Positions 55,784-64,000 of a stretch of 64,000 nucleotides of DNA are shown here, piece by piece. The translations under genes and the position numbers were made by a program. The stretch spans positions 64,001-128,000 of the forward strand of contig CAVVHE010000009.1 of assembly GCA_963748015.1 (NCBI GenBank), read 5' to 3'. The notes under the pieces were generated by a model that saw only the letters and a program-made list of their open reading frames with translations, had not been told where the DNA came from and did not search any database. Position 1 is the first letter of the stretch, and each line of letters opens with the position of its first letter. The stretch is from Terriglobia bacterium. GTDB taxonomy: Bacteria; Acidobacteriota; Polarisedimenticolia; Polarisedimenticolales; JAIQFR01.

Positions 55784-57334
55784 ATGTCGCAGGAACCGCT
55801 GGAGGAGATGCGCCGGCGCTACGCGGAAGCGCGCGGCGGCGGGGGCGAGGAGCGGGTCGCGAAGCAGCACGCCGACGGGAAGCTCACGGCGCGCGAGCGG
55901 CTCGAGGCGCTCTGCGATCCCGGCTCCTTCCAGGAGCTCGACGCGCTCGTCGTCCACCGCTCTCACGACTTCGGGATGGACAAGCAGCGGATCCCGGGGG
56001 ACGGCGTCGTCACCGGCCACGGCCGCGTCGGCGGGCGCCCCGTGTTCGTCTTCGCGCAGGACTTCACCGTGTTCGGCGGCTCGCTCTCGGAGACGTTCGC
56101 CGCCAAGATCTGCAAGGTGATGGACCTCGCGATGAAGGTCGGCGCTCCCGTCATCGGCCTCAACGACTCCGGCGGGGCGAGGATCCAGGAGGGGGTCGTC
56201 TCCCTCGCGGGGTACGCCGACATCTTCCTCCGGAACACGCTGGCGTCGGGTGTCGTCCCCCAGATCTCCGTGATCATGGGCCCCTGCGCCGGCGGCGCCG
56301 TCTACTCCCCGGCGATCACCGATTTCATCGTGATGGTCCGCGACACGTCGTACATGTTCATCACCGGGCCGGACGTCATCCGGATGGTGACGCACGAGGA
56401 GGTCACGAAGGAGAAGCTCGGCGGCGCGATGACCCACAACTCGCAGTCGGGGGTCGCGCACTTCGCCGCCGCGGACGACCGCGACGCGATCGAGCTGGTC
56501 CGCGAGATGCTCTCGTTCTTCCCGCAGAACAACATGGAGGACCCGCCGAAGCGACCGACGGACGATCCCGACGACCGCGCCGACGCGACGCTGAACGCCG
56601 TCGTTCCCCCGAACCCGAACCAGCCGTACGACATCAAGAAGGTCGTGCACGCGGTGGTGGACGACGGGAAGTTCCTGGAGGTCCACGAGCACTTCGCGAA
56701 GAACATCGTCGTCGGCTTCGCGCGGCTCGGCGGGCGTCCGGTCGGGATCGTCGCGAACCAGCCGGCGGTGCTCGCCGGCTGCCTCGACATCAACGCGTCG
56801 GTGAAGGGGGCCCGGTTCGTCCGCTTCTGCGACTGCTTCAACATCCCGCTGGTGGTCTTCGAGGACGTCCCCGGCTTCCTCCCGGGAACCGACCAGGAGT
56901 TCCGCGGGATCATCCAGCACGGCGCCAAGCTCCTCTACGCCTTCGCCGAGGCGACGGTGCCGAAGCTCACCGTCATCACCCGCAAGGCGTACGGCGGCGC
57001 CTACTGCGTCATGGCGTCGAAGCACATCCGCACCGACTTCAACTTCGCCTGGCCGTCCGCGGAGATCGCGGTGATGGGCTCCGACGGCGCGGTCGGGATC
57101 ATCCACCGCCGCGAGATCCAGGACGCGGGCAAGGACGCCGAGAAGGTGCGCGCGGCGCGCGTCGGGGAGTACAGGGACAAGTTCGCGAACCCGTGGGTCG
57201 CCGCCGAGCGGGGCTACGTGGACGAGGTGATCGAGCCCGCCCTGACCCGCCCGAAGCTGATCGCGGCGCTCCGGCTCCTCGACGGGAAGCGCGACCAGAA
57301 CCCGCCGCGCAAGCACGGGAACATCCCGCTTTGA
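55784..57334 (+). CDS. pccB: Acyl-CoA (propionyl-CoA-like) carboxylase beta subunit
   Basis: [38 protein letters not shown]. Confidence 0.92.
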   Translation: MSQEPLEEMRRRYAEARGGGGEERVAKQHADGKLTARERLEALCDPGSFQELDALVVHRSHDFGMDKQRIPGDGVVTGHGRVGGRPVFVFAQDFTVFGGSLSETFAAKICKVMDLAMKVGAPVIGLNDSGGARIQEGVVSLAGYADIFLRNTLASGVVPQISVIMGPCAGGAVYSPAITDFIVMVRDTSYMFITGPDVIRMVTHEEVTKEKLGGAMTHNSQSGVAHFAAADDRDAIELVREMLSFFPQNNMEDPPKRPTDDPDDRADATLNAVVPPNPNQPYDIKKVVHAVVDDGKFLEVHEHFAKNIVVGFARLGGRPVGIVANQPAVLAGCLDINASVKGARFVRFCDCFNIPLVVFEDVPGFLPGTDQEFRGIIQHGAKLLYAFAEATVPKLTVITRKAYGGAYCVMASKHIRTDFNFAWPSAEIAVMGSDGAVGIIHRREIQDAGKDAEKVRAARVGEYRDKFANPWVAAERGYVDEVIEPALTRPKLIAALRLLDGKRDQNPPRKHGNIPL

Positions 57335-59022
57335 GCGCGCGCGGCCGGCAGCCTCGGCGCGCCGCACCGACGATCGAGGGGCGCGGCAAGCCTCCCCGCG
57401 GCGCCAAGCCCCGGGGAGCGGCGGAAGGCGCGTCTCGAACGGGCGCGCCGAAATCCGCCGTCAAGGCACCGCGAGCGAGCGCGGGCGGGAAGACGGCCCC
57501 CTCGTCGCGGCCGGCCGGCCCGCCGTTCCGGAAGGTCCTGATCGCCAACCGGGGCGAGATCGCGGTGCGCGTCATCCGCGGCTGCCACGAGCTGGGGATC
57601 CGCACGGTGGCGGTCTACTCGGACGCCGACCGCGAGGCGCTCCACGTCCGCTACGCGCACGAGGCGTACCGGATCGGCCCCCCGGCCGCGGCCGATTCGT
57701 ATCTCCGCATCGACCGGATCCTCGAGGCGGCGAAGGCGTCCGGCGCCGAGGCGGTCCATCCGGGCTACGGATTCCTCGCCGAGAACGCCGGGTTCGCGCG
57801 CGCGTGCCGCGACGCGGGGCTCGTGTTCATCGGGCCGCCTCCCGACGCGATGGAGGCGCTCGGCGACAAGGTCCGCGCCCGAGAGCTCATGACCGCGGCC
57901 GGCGTGCCGGTCGTCCCGGGCTCGCCGCCGCTCGGCGAGGATCCCGGAGAGGCGGCACGGATCGCCGCCGGCATCGGCTATCCCGTCCTCCTCAAGGCGG
58001 CCGCCGGCGGCGGCGGCAAGGGGATGCGGGTCGTCCGCGACCCGAAGGACCTCCCGTCGCTCCTCGCGCAGGCGCGCGGCGAGGCGCGCTCGGCGTTCGG
58101 CGACGGCACGGTCTTCCTCGAGAAGTACGTCGACCGCCCGCGCCACATCGAGGTGCAGATCCTCGCGGACGCCCACGGGAACGCGATCCACCTCGGCGAG
58201 CGCGAGTGCTCGATCCAGCGCCGCCACCAGAAGCTCATCGAGGAGTGCCCGTCGCCGGTCGTGGACGAGGCGACGCGGCGGCGGATCGGAGAGCTCGCCG
58301 TCCGCGCGGCGCGCGCGTCGGGGTACGTCAACGCGGGGACGGTCGAGTTCCTACGCGGCGCCGACGGGTCGTTCTACTTCATGGAGGTCAACGCGCGCCT
58401 CCAGGTGGAGCACCCGATCACGGAGCTGGTGTACGGGATCGACCTCGTGAAGGCCCAGCTCGTCATCGCGGCGGGCGGCACCCTGCCCTTGCGGCAGGAG
58501 GAGGTCGTCCCGCGCGGCCACGCGATCGAGTGCCGCATCATCGCGGAGGACCCGTCGCGGAATTTCATGCCCGCCCCCGGCACCATCCGCGGCCTGCGCG
58601 CGCCGTCGGGGCCCGGGGTGCGTTACGACGGAGGGACGTTCCCGGGGTGGACGGTTCCCGTGCACTACGACCCGCTCCTCTCGAAGCTGTGCACGTGGGG
58701 GCGCGACCGCGACGAGGCGATCGACCGGATGGCGCGCGCGCTCGACGAGTACCGCATCGACGGCCTCAGCACGTCGATCAGCTTCCACCGCCAGGTCATG
58801 TCCCACCCGGCGTTCCGGAAGGCGGAGCTGCACACCGGGTTCCTCGAGGAGCATCCCGAGCTGCTCCGGCTCCACGACGATCCGTGGCTCGAGGAGGTGT
58901 TCGTCGTCGCCGCGGCGGTGGCGCACTTCCGACGCGTCGAGCAGGAATCGGCGCGCGCCACGGAGACGTCCGCCCCGGCCTCCGCGTGGAAGTGGGCCGG
59001 CCGGAGGGGGTTCGCGCGGTGA
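57331..59022 (+). CDS. accC: Biotin carboxylase subunit with a basic N-terminal extension
   Basis: [52 protein letters not shown]. Confidence 0.92.
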   Translation: MSARGRQPRRAAPTIEGRGKPPRGAKPRGAAEGASRTGAPKSAVKAPRASAGGKTAPSSRPAGPPFRKVLIANRGEIAVRVIRGCHELGIRTVAVYSDADREALHVRYAHEAYRIGPPAAADSYLRIDRILEAAKASGAEAVHPGYGFLAENAGFARACRDAGLVFIGPPPDAMEALGDKVRARELMTAAGVPVVPGSPPLGEDPGEAARIAAGIGYPVLLKAAAGGGGKGMRVVRDPKDLPSLLAQARGEARSAFGDGTVFLEKYVDRPRHIEVQILADAHGNAIHLGERECSIQRRHQKLIEECPSPVVDEATRRRIGELAVRAARASGYVNAGTVEFLRGADGSFYFMEVNARLQVEHPITELVYGIDLVKAQLVIAAGGTLPLRQEEVVPRGHAIECRIIAEDPSRNFMPAPGTIRGLRAPSGPGVRYDGGTFPGWTVPVHYDPLLSKLCTWGRDRDEAIDRMARALDEYRIDGLSTSISFHRQVMSHPAFRKAELHTGFLEEHPELLRLHDDPWLEEVFVVAAAVAHFRRVEQESARATETSAPASAWKWAGRRGFAR

Positions 59023-59510
59023 AGATGACCGTCAAGGCGGGGGAGCGCGAGCACGAGGTGACGGTCGAGCGTCGCGACGGGCTGTTCCGCGTCGTGGTGG
59101 ACGGCAAGGAGCACCTCGTCGACGCGCGCCGCCTCGAGGCGGACTTCCACTCGATCATGATGGAAGGGCGCTCGTACGAGCTGTCGATCGAGCCGGACGG
59201 CGACCGCTACCACGTCCGCCACGGCGCGTCGCAGCGCACCGTGTCGCTCACCGACGCCACGCGCCGCGCCCGCGAGGGGCTGAAATCGGGGCACGGCCCC
59301 GAGACCGTCGTCACCGTGATGCCCGGCAAGGTGGTGCGCGTCCTCGTCGCCGCGGGAGAAGAGGTCGCCGCGGGCCAGGGCCTCGTCGTCGTCGAGGCGA
59401 TGAAGATGGAGAACGAGATCGGCGCGCCCCGCGCCGGCCGCGTCGCTTCCATCGAGGTCGAGCCGGGCCGCGCCGTCGAAGCCGGCACCACGCTCCTGAT
59501 CATCGACTGA
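59019..59510 (+). CDS. Biotin carboxyl carrier protein
   Basis: MPGKVV, EAMKMENEI biotinylation motif. Confidence 0.93.
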   Translation: MKMTVKAGEREHEVTVERRDGLFRVVVDGKEHLVDARRLEADFHSIMMEGRSYELSIEPDGDRYHVRHGASQRTVSLTDATRRAREGLKSGHGPETVVTVMPGKVVRVLVAAGEEVAAGQGLVVVEAMKMENEIGAPRAGRVASIEVEPGRAVEAGTTLLIID

Positions 59511-59540
59511 AAAAAAACGGGGTGGCGAGCGCCACCCCGT
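59510..59540 (-). terminator. Rho-independent terminator (U-tract on the minus strand, after HU)
   Basis: Stem ACGGGGTGGC/GCCACCCCGT preceded by an A-run on the plus strand, between convergent genes. Confidence 0.8.
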
Positions 59541-59564
59541 CCCTGAAATCTCTTCCTCGCAGCT

Positions 59565-59840
59565 CTACTTGTTCATCGAATCCACGAGCTGCTTCCCGCC
59601 CTTGAAACGGACGGACTTCTTCGCCTTGATCTTGATCGCGTCGCCCGTCTGCGGGTTCCGGCCGATGCGCGCCTTGCGCTTGCTCACCGAGAACGTGCCG
59701 AAGCCGACGAGAGTGACCCGCTGGCCCCTCTTGAGGGAATGCGAGATTCCCTCGATGAAACTGTTCATCGCCGTCGCCGCCGCGCTCCGCGTGATGCCGG
59801 CGTCCTCCGAGATCTTTCCGATCAGCGCCGCCTTGTTCAT
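59565..59840 (-). CDS. hup: HU family DNA-binding protein
   Basis: MNKAALI, VTLVGFGTFSV, RIGRNPQTG. Confidence 0.96.
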   Translation of the reverse strand: MNKAALIGKISEDAGITRSAAATAMNSFIEGISHSLKRGQRVTLVGFGTFSVSKRKARIGRNPQTGDAIKIKAKKSVRFKGGKQLVDSMNK

Positions 59841-59988
59841 CTCTTTCCACCTCCTCTTGTCGTGAAGTCGCCGCGGAACCGCCGCGGCGCCAGCGCGATT
59901 ACACTCCCCCGCACCCGCGGTGTCAAGGGGTGGGCGCACGAAAACCCGCGTCCGCGTGGAGTTTCCGGAGGGAGGGCGGAGCAGGCGT

Positions 59989-60390
59989 TCAGGCGACCGC
60001 GAGGAACCGGGCGAGCTTTTCGCGCTCCGTGTCGCGCATCCCGGCGAAGAACAGCGCGAGCTCGTACCGGTGGCTGCCGGTCGGCGACGGCATCTCGCGA
60101 TGACGCACCACCACGGCCTCCACGTCGAGCGGCTCGACGCTTCCCGTCCGGTTCTCGGGGAGCAGGAGGCGCACCGCGAGGCGGGTCATCTCCGGGAAGT
60201 CCACCGACGACGAGCAGTACAGCCCGCCGAGCGAGAGGTCGTTGGCGACCATCCGGGCGACGACGTCCCCGGCCTCCGCCGTCCCGTGGGCCTCGATCGT
60301 TCGCTCGAACCTGGCGTGGGAGCGTCGCTCGGCGCGCGGGCGCCTCTCGGTTTGGTTGGGGCTCAAGGTGTCTCCTCCTCGTCGGCTCAT
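59989..60390 (-). CDS. PilZ domain protein
   Basis: ERRSHAR (RxxxR) and NDLSLGG (D/NxSxxG) motifs. Confidence 0.82.
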   Translation of the reverse strand: MSRRGGDTLSPNQTERRPRAERRSHARFERTIEAHGTAEAGDVVARMVANDLSLGGLYCSSSVDFPEMTRLAVRLLLPENRTGSVEPLDVEAVVVRHREMPSPTGSHRYELALFFAGMRDTEREKLARFLAVA

Positions 60391-60447
60391 GCTAGGGTGG
60401 AGTAGGTTTCTCAGTCAAGACGGAGACGGGATTTAGCGGAGGCGGGC

Positions 60448-61218
60448 ATGGAACGGGAGGCGCTCAAGAGACTGCTCGGCCGGGTGAGGACGGGAAAGGT
60501 CACCGTCGGCGAGGCGATGGAGCGCCTCCGCCACGGTCCCGTCGAGGAGCTGGGGTTCGCCGCCCTCGACATGCACCGCGCCCTCCGCCGCGGGTTCCCC
60601 GAGGTGATCTACGGCGCGGGCAAGACGGTCGAGCAGCTCGAGGCGATCGTCGGCCGCCTGCACGCCGCCGGCCAAACGGTGCTGGTGACGCGCGTCGGGC
60701 CCGAGGTCCACCGCTCTCTCGTGCGGACGTTCAGGCACCTCGAGCACCACGCCGCCGCCCGCGCCGTCGTGCTTCCCGCCGGCCGCCGGCGCCCGGGCCG
60801 CCCCGGGATCGTCGTGATGAGCGCCGGAACGTCCGACCTCCCCGTGGCGGAGGAGGCCGCGCTGACCGCGACCGTCATGGGGAACGACGTGCGCACGGTG
60901 TACGACGTCGGCGTGGCGGGGCTCCACCGGCTCATGACGCACCGCGAGGCGATGCTCTCGGCGAGGGTGATCGTCGTCGTCGCGGGGATGGAGGGGGCGC
61001 TGCCCTCCGTGGTGGCGGGGCTCGTGGATTGTCCCGTGATCGGCGTGCCCACCAGCACCGGCTACGGCACCGGCGCGGGAGGGTGGGCAGCCCTGATGGC
61101 CATGCTCAACTCGTGCGCGTCCGGTGTCGCCGTGGTCAACATTGACAATGGGTTCGGCGCCGGTTGCCTTGCCGCATTGATCAATCGTGGGCGGTCGTCC
61201 AGGGCAACAAAGAAGTAG
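60448..61218 (+). CDS. larB: Nickel-pincer cofactor biosynthesis protein LarB
   Basis: RRGFPEVIYGAGKT, AGTSDLPVAEEA, AGMEGALPSVV, VVNIDNGFGA. Confidence 0.93.
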   Translation: MEREALKRLLGRVRTGKVTVGEAMERLRHGPVEELGFAALDMHRALRRGFPEVIYGAGKTVEQLEAIVGRLHAAGQTVLVTRVGPEVHRSLVRTFRHLEHHAAARAVVLPAGRRRPGRPGIVVMSAGTSDLPVAEEAALTATVMGNDVRTVYDVGVAGLHRLMTHREAMLSARVIVVVAGMEGALPSVVAGLVDCPVIGVPTSTGYGTGAGGWAALMAMLNSCASGVAVVNIDNGFGAGCLAALINRGRSSRATKK

Positions 61219-61426
61219 CGCTGCGCGCGCACAACACCGAATGCCGTCGAGGAAATGAAATCGCTTGACTGGCATGGGTGTGACCCATATATAACAGTTG
61301 TTATCGGGCCCGACGCGATCGCCCGGCATGATGCGCCGCCCCGCAACGGGGCAGGTCGGCGCGACCCACGCGGGTGAAGACCCTAGTGTTCGCTGGGCTT
61401 TTGGGGGAAAAGCGCGAGTTGGCGTG

Positions 61427-61455
61427 TTGACGGCGGGGGCCTCGTCCGCTAGAGT
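61427..61455 (+). promoter_or_regulatory. Sigma-70 promoter of rpsU-dnaG-rpoD
   Basis: TTGACG, 17-bp spacer, TAGAGT. Confidence 0.6.
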
Positions 61456-61534
61456 GAAGGTTTTGTGATGCGGAGGCCCCGGTTCACGCCGGGAAACCCG
61501 GAAAACCAGCGACGAAAGTGGGGTGATCGGATCC

Positions 61535-61741
61535 ATGCCGCTGATCAAGGTCCGCGAGGACGAGAGCCTCGAGAATGCCCTGAAGCGTTTCAAGAGAAAG
61601 TGCGAGAAATCGGGCATTCTGACCGAGATCAAGAAGCGCCAGCACTACGAGAAGCCGAGCGTGAAGAAGAAGCGCAAGGCTCTGTCGGCGCGCAAGAAGC
61701 TGCTCAAGCGTCTGGCCCAGGAGCGTAAGAGCAACGCTTGA
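61535..61741 (+). CDS. rpsU: 30S ribosomal protein S21
   Basis: [22 protein letters not shown]. Confidence 0.97.
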   Translation: MPLIKVREDESLENALKRFKRKCEKSGILTEIKKRQHYEKPSVKKKRKALSARKKLLKRLAQERKSNA

Positions 61742-61803
61742 TCCCCACTCGAATCGCCGGCCGGGCAGCCCCGGCCGGCGAAACGGGCGTGGCTGGTGGC
61801 CCC

Positions 61804-63549
61804 TTGGGCATTAGGACGAGCAGGGATTTCGTCGACGCGGTCCGGCGCGCCGGCGATATCGTCAGACTGGTTTCCGACTATGTTCCCCTGAGGCCGGCAG
61901 GTTCCCGGCTCAAGGGGTTGTGTCCCTTCCATCAGGAGAAGACTCCCTCCTTCTCCGTGGATCCCGACCTGCAGTTGTTCTACTGCTTCGGGTGCAACAC
62001 CGGCGGGGACCTCTTCAAATTCGTGATGCTCTACGAAAAGGTCGGCTTTGCCGAGGCCGTCGAGCTTCTCGCGCAGCGCTGGGGGGTGCCGGTCCCCGCG
62101 GAGCGCTCCGCCGAGAGCGACGTCCGCTCGCGGCTGCTCGATCTCAACCGCGAGGCCGAGGGATTCTTCAGGGCCCGCCTGCTCGACGAGACCTCGGGGC
62201 TGGCCGCCCGGCAGTACCTCGGGCGGCGGGAAGTCTCGCTCGAAGTCGCGACCCGTCTGGGGCTGGGGTACGCGCCGGACGCCTGGGAAGCGCTCCGCAC
62301 GCACCTGCTCTCCCGGCGCTTCAAGCCGCAAGAGCTGGTCGAGGGCGGGCTCACGGTCTCGAGGAAGGAGGGGCCGGGAGAGTACGACCGGTTCCGCAAC
62401 CGCCTCATGTTCCCGATCCGGGACGTCGCCGGCCGTACGGTGGCGTTCGGCGGCCGCGCCCTCGGCGATTCCGAGCCGAAATATCTGAACTCTCCGGAGA
62501 CTCCTGCGTACGTCAAGGGGGATCACCTCTACGGGCTCGACGAGGGGAAAGAGGCGATCCGCAGAGAGGGTCACGTGGTCGTCGTCGAGGGGTACCTCGA
62601 TCTAGCCGCCCTGCGGCAGGCCGGGTGCCAGCACTCGGTGGCGTCGCTCGGCACGGCTTTCACGCCGAGCCAGGCGCGCCTGCTCTCCCGGTACACCGGG
62701 CGGGTCGTGGTGTGCTACGACGGCGATACCGCCGGCGCCGCGGCGACCCAGCGGTCGCTCGACCTCCTGCTCGAGCGGGGCTTCGAGGTGCGGGCGGCGG
62801 AGCTGCCCTCCGGGATGGACCCCGACGACTTCGTGCGCAAGGAAGGGGCGGTGGCGTTCGAGCAGCTCGTGCAGCAGGCCCCGGGGTGGCTCGAGTACCT
62901 CGTGCACCGCGAGTGCGCGACGCGGGACCTCCGCCGCACCGACGAGAAGGTGGCCGCGGTGAACGCCCTGCTCCCGCGGATCGCGCGCCTCTCGAGCCCG
63001 GTCGAGCGGGCCTCGTGGGCGGCGGTGCTCTCCGACGCGCTCAGGATCGAGGACGACCTCGTCCTCCAGGAATTGAAGACGGCGCTGCGCGCCGCGCGGC
63101 CGGCGATCCGCCAGCGCCCCGCGGAGCGGGAGCCGCTGCCCGAGGCGCAGGCCCGGCTGGTTCGGGTGCTGCTTCACCTCGGCGAGGCGCGGATGACCGC
63201 CCGGGGCCGGCTGGAGTCCGGCGACCTGGCCGGCACGCGGGTCGCGCCCATCGTGGACGCGATCCTGCGTCACGGCGACGAAGGGAAGGAGGTGGACCTG
63301 CCGACGGTGCTGGAATCCCTGGAACGCGACGAGGACCGGGACCTGCTCACCTGGATCGCCTTCCGAGAGGGGCCCGAGATCTCGGCCGACGAGGTGGAAG
63401 GGTGCGTCAGGTCGCTCCGGCGCGAGCGGCTCGTGAAGGAGCGGCGAGAGCTCCAGCGCGCCATCGAGCGGACCGCCGATCCGGCGGCGGTGGATGCCCT
63501 GCTGCTGCGCAAGCAGCAGCTCGGACGGCAGATCGATGCCCTCAACTGA
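61804..63549 (+). CDS. dnaG: DNA primase; start uncertain
   Basis: CPFHQEKTPSF..CFGC, FRNRLMFPI, KYLNSPET, VEGYLD, YDGD, DPDD. Confidence 0.97.
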   Translation: MGIRTSRDFVDAVRRAGDIVRLVSDYVPLRPAGSRLKGLCPFHQEKTPSFSVDPDLQLFYCFGCNTGGDLFKFVMLYEKVGFAEAVELLAQRWGVPVPAERSAESDVRSRLLDLNREAEGFFRARLLDETSGLAARQYLGRREVSLEVATRLGLGYAPDAWEALRTHLLSRRFKPQELVEGGLTVSRKEGPGEYDRFRNRLMFPIRDVAGRTVAFGGRALGDSEPKYLNSPETPAYVKGDHLYGLDEGKEAIRREGHVVVVEGYLDLAALRQAGCQHSVASLGTAFTPSQARLLSRYTGRVVVCYDGDTAGAAATQRSLDLLLERGFEVRAAELPSGMDPDDFVRKEGAVAFEQLVQQAPGWLEYLVHRECATRDLRRTDEKVAAVNALLPRIARLSSPVERASWAAVLSDALRIEDDLVLQELKTALRAARPAIRQRPAEREPLPEAQARLVRVLLHLGEARMTARGRLESGDLAGTRVAPIVDAILRHGDEGKEVDLPTVLESLERDEDRDLLTWIAFREGPEISADEVEGCVRSLRRERLVKERRELQRAIERTADPAAVDALLLRKQQLGRQIDALN

Positions 63550-63574
63550 GGGTGCGGTCGGCCTGCGAGGAGAG

Positions 63575-64000
63575 ATGACGAAGAAGAAACGGGACTCCAC
63601 GGTCTCCGTGGAGGAAAAATACGACGAGGTGCGACAGCTCGTCTTGCTCGGTCGGGACCGGGGCTACCTGGCCTACGACGAGATCAACGAGATGCTGCCC
63701 GACGAGGTCAGCTCGTCCGCCGAGGAGCTCGAGGAGGTGTTCACCCTCTTCGAGAACCACGGGATCGCGCTGGTGGACACGGACGCGCGCGAGCCCCTCA
63801 CCGGCACGGGCGGGAGTGAGGTGAGGAAGGACGTCGTCCCCAAGGACGACGAGGCGAAGGACGAAGACGCCAAGCCCGAGTCCCTCACCGGCCCGCTCGA
63901 GAAGACGAACGACCCCGTGAGGATGTACCTGCGCGAGATGGGGACGGTCCCCCTCCTGAACCGGGAGGGCGAGGTCTCGATCGCGCGGCGGATCGAGCGC
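63575..64000 (+). CDS. rpoD: Primary sigma factor RpoD (partial, runs off the right edge)
   Basis: Translated by hand from ATG 63575: GYLAYDEINEMLP (region 1.1)..TNDPVRMYLREMGTVPLL (region 1.2); follows dnaG. Confidence 0.96.
   Translation, partial: MTKKKRDSTVSVEEKYDEVRQLVLLGRDRGYLAYDEINEMLPDEVSSSAEELEEVFTLFENHGIALVDTDAREPLTGTGGSEVRKDVVPKDDEAKDEDAKPESLTGPLEKTNDPVRMYLREMGTVPLLNREGEVSIARRIER

Noticed and set aside
60448..61218. Lone larB as a novel pathway
   Set aside because: larB, larC and larE are often scattered around a genome, and nothing else in the window supports a new pathway.
61295..61420. SRP RNA, 6S RNA or tRNA upstream of rpsU
   Set aside because: No SRP GGAA-loop motif or tRNA cloverleaf/T-arm is visible. 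I saw no tRNA or rRNA anywhere in the window.

Overview
High-GC bacterial chromosome segment spanning the replication origin. The gene set and protein style suggest Acidobacteriota; that assignment is an inference. Core region: mnmG-mnmE-jag-yidC-yidD-rnpA-rpmH | oriC | dnaA-dnaN-recF-gyrB-gyrA, plus parAB with two parS sites, a bactofilin, F1 atpHAGDC, mfd, two SurA-like PPIases, an Hfq-like gene, trmFO-xerC, acyl-CoA carboxylase genes, HU, larB and rpsU-dnaG-rpoD (partial). The first ~10.6 kb is accessory: an Asn-synthase-like gene, thermonuclease, extra sigma-70, a frameshifted HTH-TPR regulator followed by a separately promoted small secreted-peptide ORF, a split TM0106 nuclease plus SF1 helicase, an ARPP-1-like gene and a divergent LexA-like repressor. 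Three non-coding signals stand out. (1) A complete IS1111-type IS110 element whose 3' non-coding end contains readable bridge/seek-RNA guides matching both its insertion site (the end of a hairpin repeat) and its own circle junction. (2) Four dispersed ~150-165 bp elements with a shared, covarying core but unrelated near-perfect 32-38 bp terminal inverted repeats. (3) An exact 30-bp-period array of five GCCGAC-N6-GTCGGCA palindromes between parB and the bactofilin.
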